The position numbers and the translations under genes are program-made. From positions 1 through 64,000 of the forward strand of contig NIVC01001519.1 of NCBI GenBank assembly GCA_002269645.1: a stretch of 64,000 nt of DNA, given 5' to 3'. The notes beneath the pieces are model-generated. The model was not told the origin of the DNA, ran no database searches, and saw only the letters and a program-made list of their open reading frames with translations. Of the stretch, positions 40,925 to 57,829 are shown piece by piece. The DNA comes from Macrostomum lignano (taxonomy: Eukaryota). Numbering within the stretch: position 1 is the first letter of the stretch; each line of letters begins with the position of its first letter.

Positions 40925-42135
40925 CCGCTTCCCAAATCCCCTCAGACTGAAGCCAATCCCACTTCCCAGATCCCCTCAGACTGAAGCCAATCCCACATCC
41001 CAGATCCCCTCAGACTAAAGCCAATCCCACTTCCCAGATCCCCTCAGACTGAAGCCAATCCCACTTCCCAGATCCCCTCAGACTGAAGCCAATCCCACAT
41101 CCCAGATCCCCTCAGACTGAAGCCAATCCCACTTCCCAGATCCCCTCAGACTGAAGCCAATCCCACTTCCCAAATCCCCTCAAACTAAAGCCAATCCCAC
41201 TTCCCAGATCCCCTCAGACTGAAGCCAATCCCACTTCCCAGTTCCCCTCAGACTGAAGCCAATCCCACTTCCCAGATCCCCTCAGACTGAAGCCAATCTC
41301 ACTTCCCAGATCCCCTCAGACTGAAGCCAATCCCACTTCCCAGTTCCCCTCAGACTGAAGCCAATCCCACATCCCGGATTCTCTCAGACTAAAGCCAATC
41401 TCCCTTCCCAGATCCCCTCAAACTGAAGCCAATCCCACTTCCCAGATCCCCTCAGACTGAAGCCAATCCCACATCCCAGATCCCCTCAGACTGAAGCCAA
41501 TCCCACTTCCCAGATCCCCTCAGACTGAAGCCAATCCCACTTCCCAAATCCCCTCAAACTAAAGCCAATCCCACTTCCCAGATCCCCTCAGACTGAAGCC
41601 AATCCCACATCCCAGATCCCCTCAGACTGAAGCCAATCCCACTTCCCAGATCCCCTCAGACTGAAGCCAATCCCACTTCCCAGTTTCCCTCAGACTGAAG
41701 CCAATCCCACATCCCAGATCCCCTCAGACTGAAGCCAATCCCACATCCCAGATCCCCTCAGACTGAAGCCAATCCCACTTCCCAGTTCCCCTCAGACTGA
41801 AGCCAATCCCACATCCCAGATCCCCTCAGACTGAAGCCAATCCCACTTCCCAGTTCCCCTCAGACTGAAGCCAATCCCACATCCCAGATCCCCTCAGACT
41901 GAAGCCAATCCCACTTCCCAGTTCCCCTCAGACTGAAGCCAATCCCACTTCCCAGTTCCCCTCAGACTGAAGCCAATCCCACTTCCCAAATCCCCTCAGA
42001 CTAAAGCCAATCCCACTTCCCAGATCCCCTCAGACTGAAGCCAATCCCACATCCCGGATTCTCTCAGACTAAAGCCAATCTCCCTTCCCAGATCCCCTCA
42101 AACTGAAGCCAATCCCACATCCCAGATCCCCATAC
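40925..42135. repeat. 34-bp minisatellite (CCCACTTCCCAGATCCCCTCAGACTGAAGCCAAT), about 35 copies, in IPO7 intron 2
   Basis: Direct reading; period measured at 40941/40975. Confidence 0.96.
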
Positions 42136-42191
42136 TTTGCTAGGTACTTTACTGACGCAATATTGAATCATTGATTACGTAACGCCATCAG

Positions 42192-42515
42192 GCCTGGTTC
42201 GAAAAATTCGGCCCGAACGACGATCTGTCCAAGCGAGACGCCAGCTTCGGCGACTGGTACGTGAAGGCCGTGCCAGGCACGGTGCTCCAGGTGGTGTTCG
42301 AGTGGCTAGACCGCTATAGCCGCGGCGAATACCTGTCGCCAAAGATGCTTTACCATATGCTAAGCTACTTAGAGACTGCGGTGCCGTATGCTCACACCTG
42401 GCGCTATATTAAACCGCATATGCAAGAAGTTATCGCTCGTGTCTGCTTTCCAATCATGTGCCACAGCGAGTCCGACGCTGAACTCTGGGAGTCTGACCCC
42501 GTTGAGTATGTCAAG
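42192..42515 (+). CDS. IPO7: Importin-7 coding exon 3
   Basis: ATCAG|GCC; AWFEKFG...ELWESDPVEYVK; AAG|GTAAAA; keeps frame with the ORF at 42261. Confidence 0.9.
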
Positions 42516-42612
42516 GTAAAAACTCAGCGGAGCTACACTGTTTTATTTATATAATTCAGCATCTTTTATGGATTCAATTCATTTAATCATTATTGTTACT
42601 GCACGTTAGTAG

Positions 42613-42745
42613 GGTAATCCCACACTTCCCAGATCCCCAGACTGGGCTAATCCCACACTTCCCAGATCCCCATGCATTCTGAGCTAATCCCACACTTCCC
42701 AGATCCCCATGCATTCTGGGCTAATCCCACACTTCTTAGATCCCA
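42613..42745. repeat. ~37-bp minisatellite (GCTAATCCCACACTTCCCAGATCCCCATGCATTCTGG), about 4 copies, in IPO7 intron 3
   Basis: Direct reading. Confidence 0.9.
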
Positions 42746-42927
42746 AAACAGGATTAAATTAAGCTTATCGTCCTTCATCACATAATGTTGGCCATTTTCC
42801 TTACTTGTTACTGAACACTAATCTGTACAAGTAGCAGGTTAAGAACATGTGAAGCGAGTTAGTTTTTTTCCATAATTCTTCACTGCAATAATCGCGCCTT
42901 TTCGAAATCGAATTGCATTTGTCGCAG

Positions 42928-43485
42928 TCAAAATTCGACGTATTCGAAGAGTTCAGCAGTCCGGCCGTATCGGCGCAGAACCTGATTCACACGGCCAGCC
43001 AGAAGCGCCGGGAGGTGCTGGACAAGTGTATGCAGTTCTGCGTAGAAATCATTAATCGGGACACCACCACGGCCAGGGAGCTGGACGGCGCTCTGCACAT
43101 TGTCGGCGTAGTGGCCGATCTCTTAGCCAAGAAGCGGCTCTATAAGCGCGAAATCGAACGGTTCCTTCGGGACAAGGTGTTTCCGCAGACTCGCTCGCCG
43201 CACGGCTTCCTCAGGGCCCGATCGTGCTGGCTGTTTCAACGATTCTCCGAGGCGAAACTGTCACCAGAGGCGCTCAGGCAGATTGCCGAACTGATCAGAA
43301 TGAGCCTAGTTGAAGACAAAGAACTGCCGGTTCGAATGGAGGCGGCCATTGCTCTGCAGGATGTGATCAACGATCAGGATGAATTCGCTGAAATTGCTAA
43401 GCCCTACGTGCCGGCTCTGCTGCAGGCCCTGCTGGAGACCATGCGGCAGACTGGCAATGATGAGCTGAATAGCGTGCTGCAGAAG
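42928..43485 (+). CDS. IPO7: Importin-7 coding exon 4
   Basis: GTCGCAG|TCA; KFDVFEEF...DGALH...FLRARSCW...ELPVRMEAAIAL; AAG|GTGAGT. Confidence 0.93.
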
Positions 43486-44203
43486 GTGAGTATTGAGTAC
43501 TCGATAGTGGATTAGCTGTTATTTCAAGTAAGTTCTCTCTGCACTGATAATAAGATTATGCACTCGTAGCTCAGCGGCAAAATTTAAAGAAAGCTTCAAA
43601 GTTTTAGGTAAACAGCACGAGTAACTTTGACTTGTACTTTTGAGGCTCGTCATCTAATTAGTACTTCATATGTATTTTTGGGTAGGCATTTTTGCAACTG
43701 AAGATTAGAAAGTCAGGGCCGCTGTGTTAGAAAGAAGATTAGAATTAGAAGATTAGAAGATTAGAAAGTCACACCCTGTGTGAGCGTGTGTTTGAGTGCG
43801 TGCCTGCGCACAGTATTGGCGCCTGTCTGTGCTTAGGAGTCAGGGCCGGGTCCTACGCTAGAGTGTTCGCAATGCTATTTGGCGTCCTGGATCCAAATTC
43901 AGAAAATTCAGCTGACATCATTCAAGAATATGACGATCGAATAAGATGACACTTAGATATCTTTACGCTAATCTTTACATTGCTGAGCATCTCTGACCCA
44001 CGGAAGTTGCAGAATCGTAAAAAGTCGTCCAAAAGTCGTTTTGTTAGCGCTCAACTCTGTACTGACTCAAGTGGACCCAAAATTTCGTTGTTTTTGAGTC
44101 GTCTATAGCCACTTATTTCCTATTTTACCTGAGTTACCTGCAACGACTCTGAAACAACTCTAGGGCGACGCAATGACATCAAAAAAATTCTTACTGCTTC
44201 CAG

Positions 44204-44484
44204 GTGTTCCTTGAATATCGCGAAGATATCGGCCCTCTAGCTCAGTCGATTGTGCAGCAGCTGTCCGATACGTTTATTCAACTATTGAAATCTACTGGCC
44301 ACAACGGCCCCGACGGCAGCGGCGGCGGCAACGAGAGCGGCGCCGCTGGGACAGACGAAGACGATGAGGACAGCGCCGTGCTGGCCATGGGCATCCTGAC
44401 TACGCTGGAGACTATCGCCAGCGTGCTGGAGGAGGACAGTCAGCTGATGTCCCAGCTGGAGCCGATTATGATTGGCTTAGTTAG
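44204..44484 (+). CDS. IPO7: Importin-7 coding exon 5
   Basis: TTCCAG|GTG; VFLEYRE...AMGILTTLETI; TAG|GTGAGT, phase 2. Confidence 0.9.
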
Positions 44485-44640
44485 GTGAGTTTTTTGTGTT
44501 GGATCCTGAGTCACTTAATAGTAATTTGTGATACTAAGACTGCAGTTAGTGAATTAGTTTTATTGTAGCACGTATGAATAACTGTACTAGCTATACTTTA
44601 CGCTCGTACTATAAATAACTATAATTTTATAAACTGCTAA

Positions 44641-44800
44641 TTCTACTACTACTACTACTGCGACCACTATTACTACTACTACTACTACTATTACTACTAC
44701 TACTACTACTGCTGCTACTATTATTACTACTGCTAGTACTACTACTACTACTACTATACTACTACTACTACTACTACTAACACTACTACTGCTACTCCTC
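44641..44800. repeat. (ACT)n trinucleotide microsatellite in IPO7 intron 5
   Basis: Direct reading. Confidence 0.93.
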
Positions 44801-44891
44801 TGATAACCACAACACTATATTTACACTGCCGATGTGTAATGTAATAAATACTTCTACGACAACAACTTTCAATATGTAAATGCTTCCACAG

Positions 44892-45412
44892 ATACATCCT
44901 GAGCGACGGCATAGTGGAATATTACGAGGAGGCCATCTCGTTAGCGCACAGTTTAATCTGCGAACGCGTATCGGACGCTATGTGGACGGTGCTGCCGTTG
45001 CTCTATCAGTGCTTCGAACGCGACGGTCCCGACTATTTTAACGACATGATGAACCCGTTGTACTGTTACGTAACAGTCGATCCGGACGCTTTCCTAGCCG
45101 ACCCGAGTCGAATCGACATCGTGCTGCGCATGTGCTGCAGCGTGCTAGAGTGCGGCAAAGCCGACGAAGAGACCGAGTACAATGCGGCTAAACTGCTAGA
45201 AGTTATGCTATTGCACTTTCCCGGTCGTATTGACGCTCTGGTGCCGAGAATTCTGCAGGCAGCTGTTGGCCGAGTGCTGGGCGATCGAGCCCCGGAGACC
45301 TCCGAACTGCGAGCAATGTGCCTGCTAGTGGGCGTTGCGGCTCTGCTGCATTGGCCAGAGGCTACGCTACAGTTGCTGTGCCAGCAGCCCGGCTTGTTTG
45401 ATCGGTTCCTCG
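44892..45412 (+). CDS. IPO7: Importin-7 coding exon 6
   Basis: CCACAG|A; EYYEEAISL...DYFNDMMNPLYCYV...AAKLLEV...SELRAMCL; TCG|GTGAGC, phase 1. Confidence 0.9.
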
Positions 45413-45529
45413 GTGAGCTCATAGTCTTTAATTCGCGTTGTGTACTAGTATGTATCGATAGGCTACGATAAGTTTCCAGGTAGCTTCAAAGTGTGCTGGG
45501 GACATCTATGACTTATGACTGAGTGACAA

Positions 45530-46894
45530 CTTAGCTATCGAAAGTGTTTAGATAGCTAACAAGAGTGACCAGATAGCTAACGAGAGTGACCAGATAGCTA
45601 ACGAGAGTGACCAGATACGCTATCGAGAGTGACTAGATAGCTAACGAGAGTGACCAGATAAGCTAGCGAGAGTGACTAGATAGCTAACGAGAGTGACCAG
45701 ATAAGCTATCGAGAGTGACTAGATAGCTAACGAGAGTGCCCAGATGAGCTATCGAGAGTGACTAGATAGCTAACAAGAGTGCCCAGATAAGCTATCGAGA
45801 GTGACTAGATAGCTAACGAGAGTGACCAGATAAGCTATCGAGAGTGACTAGATAGCTAACAAGAGTGACCAGATAAGCTATCGAGAGTGACTAGATAGCT
45901 AACAAGAGTGACCAGATAAGCTAGCGAGAGTGACTAGATAGCTAACAAGAGTGACCAGATAAGCTATCGAGAGTGACTAGATAGCTAACGAGAGTGACCA
46001 GATAAGCTATCAAAAGTGCCTAGATAGCTAACAAGAGTGACCAGATAAGCTAGCGAGAGTGACTAAATAGCTAACAAAAGTGACCAGATACGCTATCGAA
46101 AGTGACTAGACAGCTAACAAGAGTGACCAGATAAGCTATCGAGAGTGACAAGATAAGCTATCGAGAGTGACCAGATAAGCTATCGAGAGTGACTAGATAG
46201 CTAACAAGAGTGACCAGATAAGCTATCGAGAGTGACTAGATAGCTAACGAGAGTGACCAGATAAGCTATCGAGAGTGACTAGATAGCTAACGAGAGTGCC
46301 CAGATGAGCTATCGAGAGTGACTAGATAGCTAACAAGAGTGCCCAGATAAGCTATCGAGAGTGACTAGATAGCTAACAAGAGTGACCAGATAAGCTATCG
46401 AGAGTGACTAGATAGCTAACGAGAGTGACCAGATAAGCTATCGAAAGTGACTAGATAGCTAACAAGAGTGACCAGATAAGCTAGCGAGAGTGACTAGATA
46501 GCTAACAAGAGTGACCAGATAAGCTAGCGAGAGTGACTAGATAGCTAACAAAAGTGACCAGATACGCTATCGAAAGTGACTAGACAGCTAACAAGAGTGA
46601 CCAGATAAGCTATCGAGAGTGACAAGATAAGCTATCGAGAGTGACCAGATAAGCTATCGAGAGTGACTGGATAGCTAACGAGAGTGCCCAGATAAGCTAT
46701 CGAGAGTGACTAGATAGCTAACAAGAGTGCCCAGATAAGCTATCGAGAGTGACTAGATAGCTAACGAGAGTGACCAGATAAGCTAGCGAGAGTGGCTAGA
46801 TAGCTAACAAGAGTGACCAGATAAGCTATCGAAAGTGACTAGATAGCTAACAAGAGTGACCAGATAAGCTAGCGAGAGTGACTAGATAGCTAAC
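45530..46894. repeat. 21+22-bp dimeric minisatellite (GATAGCTAACAAGAGTGACCA / GATAAGCTATCGAGAGTGACTA), left part, IPO7 intron 6
   Basis: Direct reading; interrupted by the LINE and resumes at 52266. Confidence 0.96.
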
Positions 46895-46982
46895 TTACTT
46901 ACTTACTACTGACGGGGGGCGCAGGCGCCGCGAATAGGCCGCGAGGCCCCTATCGCAACCCCAAGGTAAAAGAGCACAAGGA

Positions 46983-51809
<4,827 letters not shown>

Positions 51810-52265
51810 CTACCCTCTGCCACGGTAAACAGCAGAGAAGCTTTGGGTTGCCGTCTTATCCCAGGATTGCTCCCAGGCGAGGCTCCGGCAGGCCCCCGGT
51901 CCACACTCTGCAAGATCAGGGGGCGGGAGGCCGGCTGCGGGCTTGGGACACAGGCGCCAGGTCGAGTTGACAGCCGACGCCCGAGCCCTCCCCCACAAAG
52001 CGGCCCTCGAGAACCCGTGTGGTACCAGTTGCAACTAAGGGCTGTCGATGGGTAGTTGGCGCTTAGCCAGCAGCCAACTACTTAGCAGCCACCTGCCCCG
52101 CAAAAAAGCAGCAGGGGGGATCCGTCCCCCACCAGCAGACCAAGACGAGGAAGCTAGCCGCTTCCACGCCAGGCCAGAACGAAAAGGAGGGGGAAGAGCC
52201 TCCTCGAAAAACGAAAAGCTGGCGGATGTCAAAGAGTCCCTCGGTTTAAGTTGCCGTTTGCCCCC

Positions 52266-52800
52266 TGACTAGATAGCTAACAAGAGTGACCAGATAAGCT
52301 AGCGAGAGTGACTAGATAGCTAACCAAAGTGACCAGATACGCTATCGAAAGTGACTAGACAGCTAACAAGAGTGACCAGATAAGCTATCGAGAGTGATCA
52401 GATAGCTAGCGAGAGTGACCAGATAGCTACCGAGATTGACCAGATAAGCTATCGAGAGTGACCAGATAGCTAACAAGAGTGATCAGATAGCTATCGAGAG
52501 TGATCAGATAGCTAACAAGAGTGACCAGATGAGCTATCGAGAGTGATCAGATAGCTAACAAGAGTGACCAGATGAGCTATCGAGAGTGATCAGATAGCTA
52601 ACAAGAGTGACCAGATGAGCTATCGAGAGTGATCAGATAGCTAACAAGAGTGATCAGATAGCTATCGGGAGTGATCAGATAGCTATCGGGAGTGATCAGA
52701 TAAGCTATCGAGAGTGATCAGATAGCTTACAAGAGTGACCAGATGAGCTATCGAGAGTGACCATGTAGCTAACAAGAGTGATCAGATAGCTACCGAAAGT
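52266..52800. repeat. Right part of the 21/22-bp minisatellite of IPO7 intron 6
   Basis: Same units as 45530-46894, more degenerate rightward. Confidence 0.95.
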
Positions 52801-53016
52801 TTAGGGCAACTAGGAGTGCAAAGTTATTTACAAGGAGGCGTATTTCTGTATCCTGAATTTTACGGTACTACAAGCTTAATTTTTGTTTGTGGTTGGGTAT
52901 TTCAAATTTATAAGCTAGGGTTTATAGAAAGAGTGCTTCTAGTCTAGATCGCTTGAGTCGACAGTGTACACTTATTTTGATAATCCTCATCGATTTTTAT
53001 TTCAACAACTCCGCAG

Positions 53017-53420
53017 CCCAGTGGATCTCCGACGTTGACTGTTTTCTAAGCCTGCACGATCGCAAACTGTGCGTACTGGGCTTCTGCACTCTGCTCACCT
53101 GCCCGCCAGACCGCATGCCCGCCTGCTTTGCGGCCGCTCTGCCCAGCCTCCTGCCGCAGTTCCTGGCCCTGTTCCACGGCTTGAAGGCCGCCTACCAATT
53201 GAAAAGCCGCCTAGAGAACGAAGCCGAGGACGACGACGACGGCGACGGCGATGCCGAAGCGTCTGGCGAGGACGACAATTCGGCTGTTAGCGGCGACGGT
53301 CTCAATGCTAGTAACGGCGGCGGCAAGCAGCGCGGCGGCCGGCGCTCCAACGGTAAAGCCGACGCCGATGATGAAAACAAAGAGCTGGACAGCGACGAGG
53401 ACGATATCGATCCGGAGCAG
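53017..53420 (+). CDS. IPO7: Importin-7 coding exon 7
   Basis: CCGCAG|CC; QWISDVDCFLSLHDRKLCVLG is a close importin-7/8 signature, followed by an acidic loop; CAG|GTTGGC. Confidence 0.93.
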
Positions 53421-53447
53421 GTTGGCTTCTTCATTTCTATTAGTTAG

Positions 53448-53498
53448 TTAGTTAGTTAGTTGATTAGTTAGTTAGTTAGTTAGTTAGCTAGTTAGTTG

Positions 53499-53539
<41 letters not shown>

Positions 53540-53541
53540 CC

Positions 53542-53591
<50 letters not shown>

Positions 53592-53593
53592 CC

Positions 53594-53628
<35 letters not shown>

Positions 53629-53647
53629 AAGTTAGTTAGTTAGTTGA

Positions 53648-53679
<32 letters not shown>

Positions 53680-53717
53680 CTAGTTAGTTGGTTAGTTAGT
53701 TAGTTAGTTAGTTAGCC

Positions 53718-53748
<31 letters not shown>

Positions 53749-53749
53749 A

Positions 53750-53793
<44 letters not shown>

Positions 53794-53794
53794 G

Positions 53795-53839
<45 letters not shown>

Positions 53840-53901
53840 CCAGTTAGTTAGTAAGTTAGTTAGTTAGTTAGTTAGCTAGCCAGTTAGTTAGTTAGTTAGC
53901 C

Positions 53902-53947
<46 letters not shown>

Positions 53948-54126
53948 CCAGTTAGTTAGTTAGTTAGTTAGTTAGTTTGTTTGTTTGTTTGTTTGTTTGT
54001 TAGTTAGCCAGTTAGTTAGTTAGTTAGTTAGTTTATTTGTTTGTTTGTTTGTTTGTTTGTTTGTTTGTTTGTTTGTTTGTTTGTTTGTTAGTTAGTTAGT
54101 TAGTTATTTAGTTAGCCAGTTAGTTG

Positions 54127-54167
<41 letters not shown>

Positions 54168-54169
54168 CC

Positions 54170-54223
<54 letters not shown>

Positions 54224-54225
54224 CC

Positions 54226-54267
<42 letters not shown>

Positions 54268-54273
54268 CTAGCC

Positions 54274-54319
<46 letters not shown>

Positions 54320-54321
54320 CC

Positions 54322-54354
<33 letters not shown>

Positions 54355-54449
54355 GTTAGTTAGTTAGCCAGTTAGTTAGTTAGTTAGTTTGTTTGTTTGT
54401 TTGTTAGTTTGTTTGTTTGTTTGTTTGTTAGTTAGTTATTTAGTTAGCC

Positions 54450-54511
<62 letters not shown>

Positions 54512-54513
54512 CC

Positions 54514-54546
<33 letters not shown>

Positions 54547-54869
54547 GTTTGTTTGTTTGTTAGTTAGCCAGTTAGTTAGTTAGTTTGTTTGTTTGTTTGT
54601 TTGTTTGTTTGTTAGTTTGTTTGTTTGTTTGTTTGTTTGTTTGTTATTTAGTTAGCCAGTTAGTTGGTTAGTTAGTTAGTTAGTTAGTTAGTTAGCCAGT
54701 TAGTTTGTTTGTTTGTTAGTTTGTTTGTTAGCCAGTTAGTTAGTTAGTTAGTTTGTTTGTTTGTTTGTTTGTTGGTTAGTTAGTTAGTCAGTCAGTCAGT
54801 CAGTCAGTCAGTCAGTCAGTCAGTCAGTCAGTCAGTCAGTCAGTCAGTCAGTCAGTCAGTCAGTCGGTC
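53448..54869. repeat. (TTAG)n/(TTTG)n tetranucleotide array ending in (TCAG)n, IPO7 intron 7
   Basis: Direct reading. Confidence 0.97.
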
Positions 54870-54974
54870 ATTCTGATAGATTTACTCAGTTTTCACACCT
54901 TCAGCGCGCAGTCCTGTCTTTATTAATCACGAGTAAATATCAGTATCACAGTAAAAACGAATGCACTTCAACAG

Positions 54975-55427
54975 GAAGAGTACGTCGCCAGGCTAAAGCA
55001 GCTGGACAAAGCAGCTGGCGGCGGCGATAACGGCGACGACGAGGGCGACGAGGACGACGACGATGAAGAATACGAGGACGAGGACTTGGTGAATCCCATG
55101 TACGAGACTAAGCTGGACGAGGACGACTGCGAACTGGACGAATACGCGGTGTTCAAGTCTACCCTGGAGAGCCTGGCCGCCAGTCAGAGCCAGGTGTACA
55201 CCCAGCTGTTTGGCGCGGCCAACGAGCAGCAACGTAGCCAACTGCAGGAGGTGCTGCACATGGCCGAGCTCCGCGTCAACGCCAGACAGTCAAAGAAGAT
55301 TGGCCAATCAGGCGGTTACACTTTTTCCCAGACTGCCGTGCCGATCGCTTTTGATTTTGGCGTCGGCGGCGGCGGCGGCTCTGCGCAAACCTTTCAAGGC
55401 TTTTCGTCTGGCGCACCCAGGCAATGA
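54975..55427 (+). CDS. IPO7: Importin-7 last coding exon
   Basis: CAACAG|GAA; acidic loop, DEYAVF, and C-terminal GGYTFSQTAVPIAFDFG as in importin-7; TGA at 55425-55427. The joined CDS is 3372 nt in frame. Confidence 0.92.
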   Translation, partial: EEYVARLKQLDKAAGGGDNGDDEGDEDDDDEEYEDEDLVNPMYETKLDEDDCELDEYAVFKSTLESLAASQSQVYTQLFGAANEQQRSQLQEVLHMAELRVNARQSKKIGQSGGYTFSQTAVPIAFDFGVGGGGGSAQTFQGFSSGAPRQ

Positions 55428-55775
55428 TAAAATCGGCCAGTGTGCGACCGCGTGTTGGTTTCAGTTATTATGGGGCTTAACATTACCCGTCAGCTATACA
55501 TTACTGGTAAGCTAACCCACTTCTGCCTTTGCCTACACCATTCTTTCCTCTTATAATTATTATTTTCTCTCTTTAAAAATACTGCATACTCGAGCTCTTT
55601 CCTGCTGTTTCATTATTATTCTTCAAAACCTTTGCGCGTTTCTCTGACGCTTGTTTTGTTGTTTCTCTTTGTTCTTTGTTGCTGCTTTTCCTGACGATTG
55701 ACGATCCGGTCTGTTGCTAAGTTATTTAGTTAAAAAATCGGCTCTTTACCAGCTTTCTAGAAATCGATCATACAC

Positions 55776-56490
55776 CAACTTTCTGAGAATTGGTCCTATG
55801 CCAACTTTCTAAGAATTGGTGCTTTGCCAACTTTCTAAGAATTTGTCCTTTGCCAACTTTCTAAGAATTGGTCCTATGCCCAACTTTTTAACATTCGGTC
55901 CTATACCCAACTTTCTTAAAATCGCTCCTATACCTACTTTCTAAGAATCGGTCCTATACCAACTTTCTAGGAATCGGTCCTATACCAACTTTCTAAGAAT
56001 CGGTCCTATACCAACTTTCTAGGAATCGGTCCTATACCAACTTTCTAAGAATCGGTCCTATACCAAATTTCTAGGAATCGGTCCTATACCAACTTTCTAA
56101 GAATCGGTCCTATACCAACTTTCTAGGAATCGGTCCTATACCAACTTTCTAAGAATCGGTCCTATACCAAATTTCTAGGAATCGGTCCTATACCAACTTT
56201 CTAGGAATCGGTCCTATACCAACTTTCTAGGAATCGGTCCTATACCAACTTTCTAGGAATCGGTCCTATACCAACTTTCTAGGAATCGGTCCTATACCAA
56301 CTTTCTAGGAATCGGTCCTATACCAACTTTCTAAGAATCGGTCCTATACCAACTTTCTAGGAATCGGTCCTATACCAACTTTCTAATAATCGGTCCTATA
56401 CCAACTTTCTAATAATCGGTCCTATATCAACTTTCTAGGAATCGGTCATATACCAACTTTCTAAGAATCGCTCCTATACCAACTTTAAGA
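55776..56490. repeat. 26-bp minisatellite (CCAACTTTCTAGGAATCGGTCCTATA), about 27 copies
   Basis: Direct reading; the left-hand units are more diverged. Confidence 0.95.
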
Positions 56491-57829
56491 GTCAATCCTA
56501 ATCGCTTTTTTAAGTTCTTTAAGTATCTGTAGGTATCGCGTTTCTCATTTATATCATCATATTCATAAATAATGAAAAGTCTGCTATTTTGGCAATCCGA
56601 ATCAAGAAGCAAGAGCTCCGGTTACACTATTTGCGCGTAAAAGTTCTTCTGTGCTGCTACAAGAAATTTATATTTTTTGTTTTGTTATAATTCTGTACTG
56701 CTCCTGACGTTCTTTTGACTGTGTAAAGATCAAAACAAGTCGGTAGGTTTCCATGCTCTTGTCTTCTTTTTACCAATTTTATTAATAAATAGAATTGGAT
56801 TCCAATGGCGATTCCAGCAAGACTGATCATATCAATAACAGTTTTCATAATTTTAAATTAATGTATTTAATCTTATATATTATTGTAGTGTAATTTACGA
56901 GTAATGTTATTATAACTGAAGCCAGTGCACCTACACCTTTTGCTTGCTTACTTGGAATTCGTTCTTGTTTTTTCCTTAAAATATTATTAATATTGTTACT
57001 AATGGGTGGGTGACCTAATTTCCTAACCAAAACTATTTGCCCCTTATATCACCCAATTATGATTGTCCGTTTTGTTATTATATTATAATATGAATAATTA
57101 TAAACTCCATCACAATAATGTTTCTCTATTCAACTTCTAATAATATTTTTGAAGCCTAAATATAGTTTAAATTCACTTCGTGTTTTTGTCGCCTTTAACT
57201 TCGATTTGATCTACTGTTAGTAGGCTAGCGGCGCATATTGTTATTTTTTTCAATTTTTGGGCTTTAATGAATGCTTTAACATAGCGGTATTTTTAACACT
57301 GGTGTAGACTGCTATTCCGCCTTATTACAGTTTATATCTGAGTTTCTAGTCTTGCCCCTAGCGTATGCTGTTGATAAGTTATTTAACAAGCTATTAGTGT
57401 CAGCTAAAAAAGGAAAACTTCGCCGGCCAAAGGGCTGATTGGGCTAAAAATGATTGATAATGTGTTTTTTTCAAGAATAAAGTTAATATATTCAATCTAC
57501 TCTACTAGTACATTAGTAGCATCTATGCACGGTATGTTTCACATATATATAAACTTATTATTATTTATTGACCTATTGGCGTTACCCGCTGTTTGAAGAT
57601 TGTTACGCATATGTGTTGAATATCAATTGAATGATTGATAAATATTTCTGTCTAAAACCGTTTTTTCAGTTTCTCAATTTGCGTTGCTAGGTTGCTTCCG
57701 TGTTGGTAAATTAACAATTGTTTATCTATTAAATACAATCGTGATCGGTCGCCTACTGTGGACAAAGAAAATTGTTTGATTTTACTTCGCTTTATTATTG
57801 TATGTTCTAGCTTATATGAGGTCTAAGTT

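Noticed and set aside
52140-52265. HDV-like ribozyme at the LINE 5' end
   Set aside because: Only a 5-bp P1 candidate was found and P2/P3/P4 could not be assembled by eye; left as a check rather than a call.
56427-57030. Short minus-strand ORFs in AT-rich intergenic DNA
   Set aside because: No recognisable motifs, and composition is unlike the GC-rich exons of this genome.
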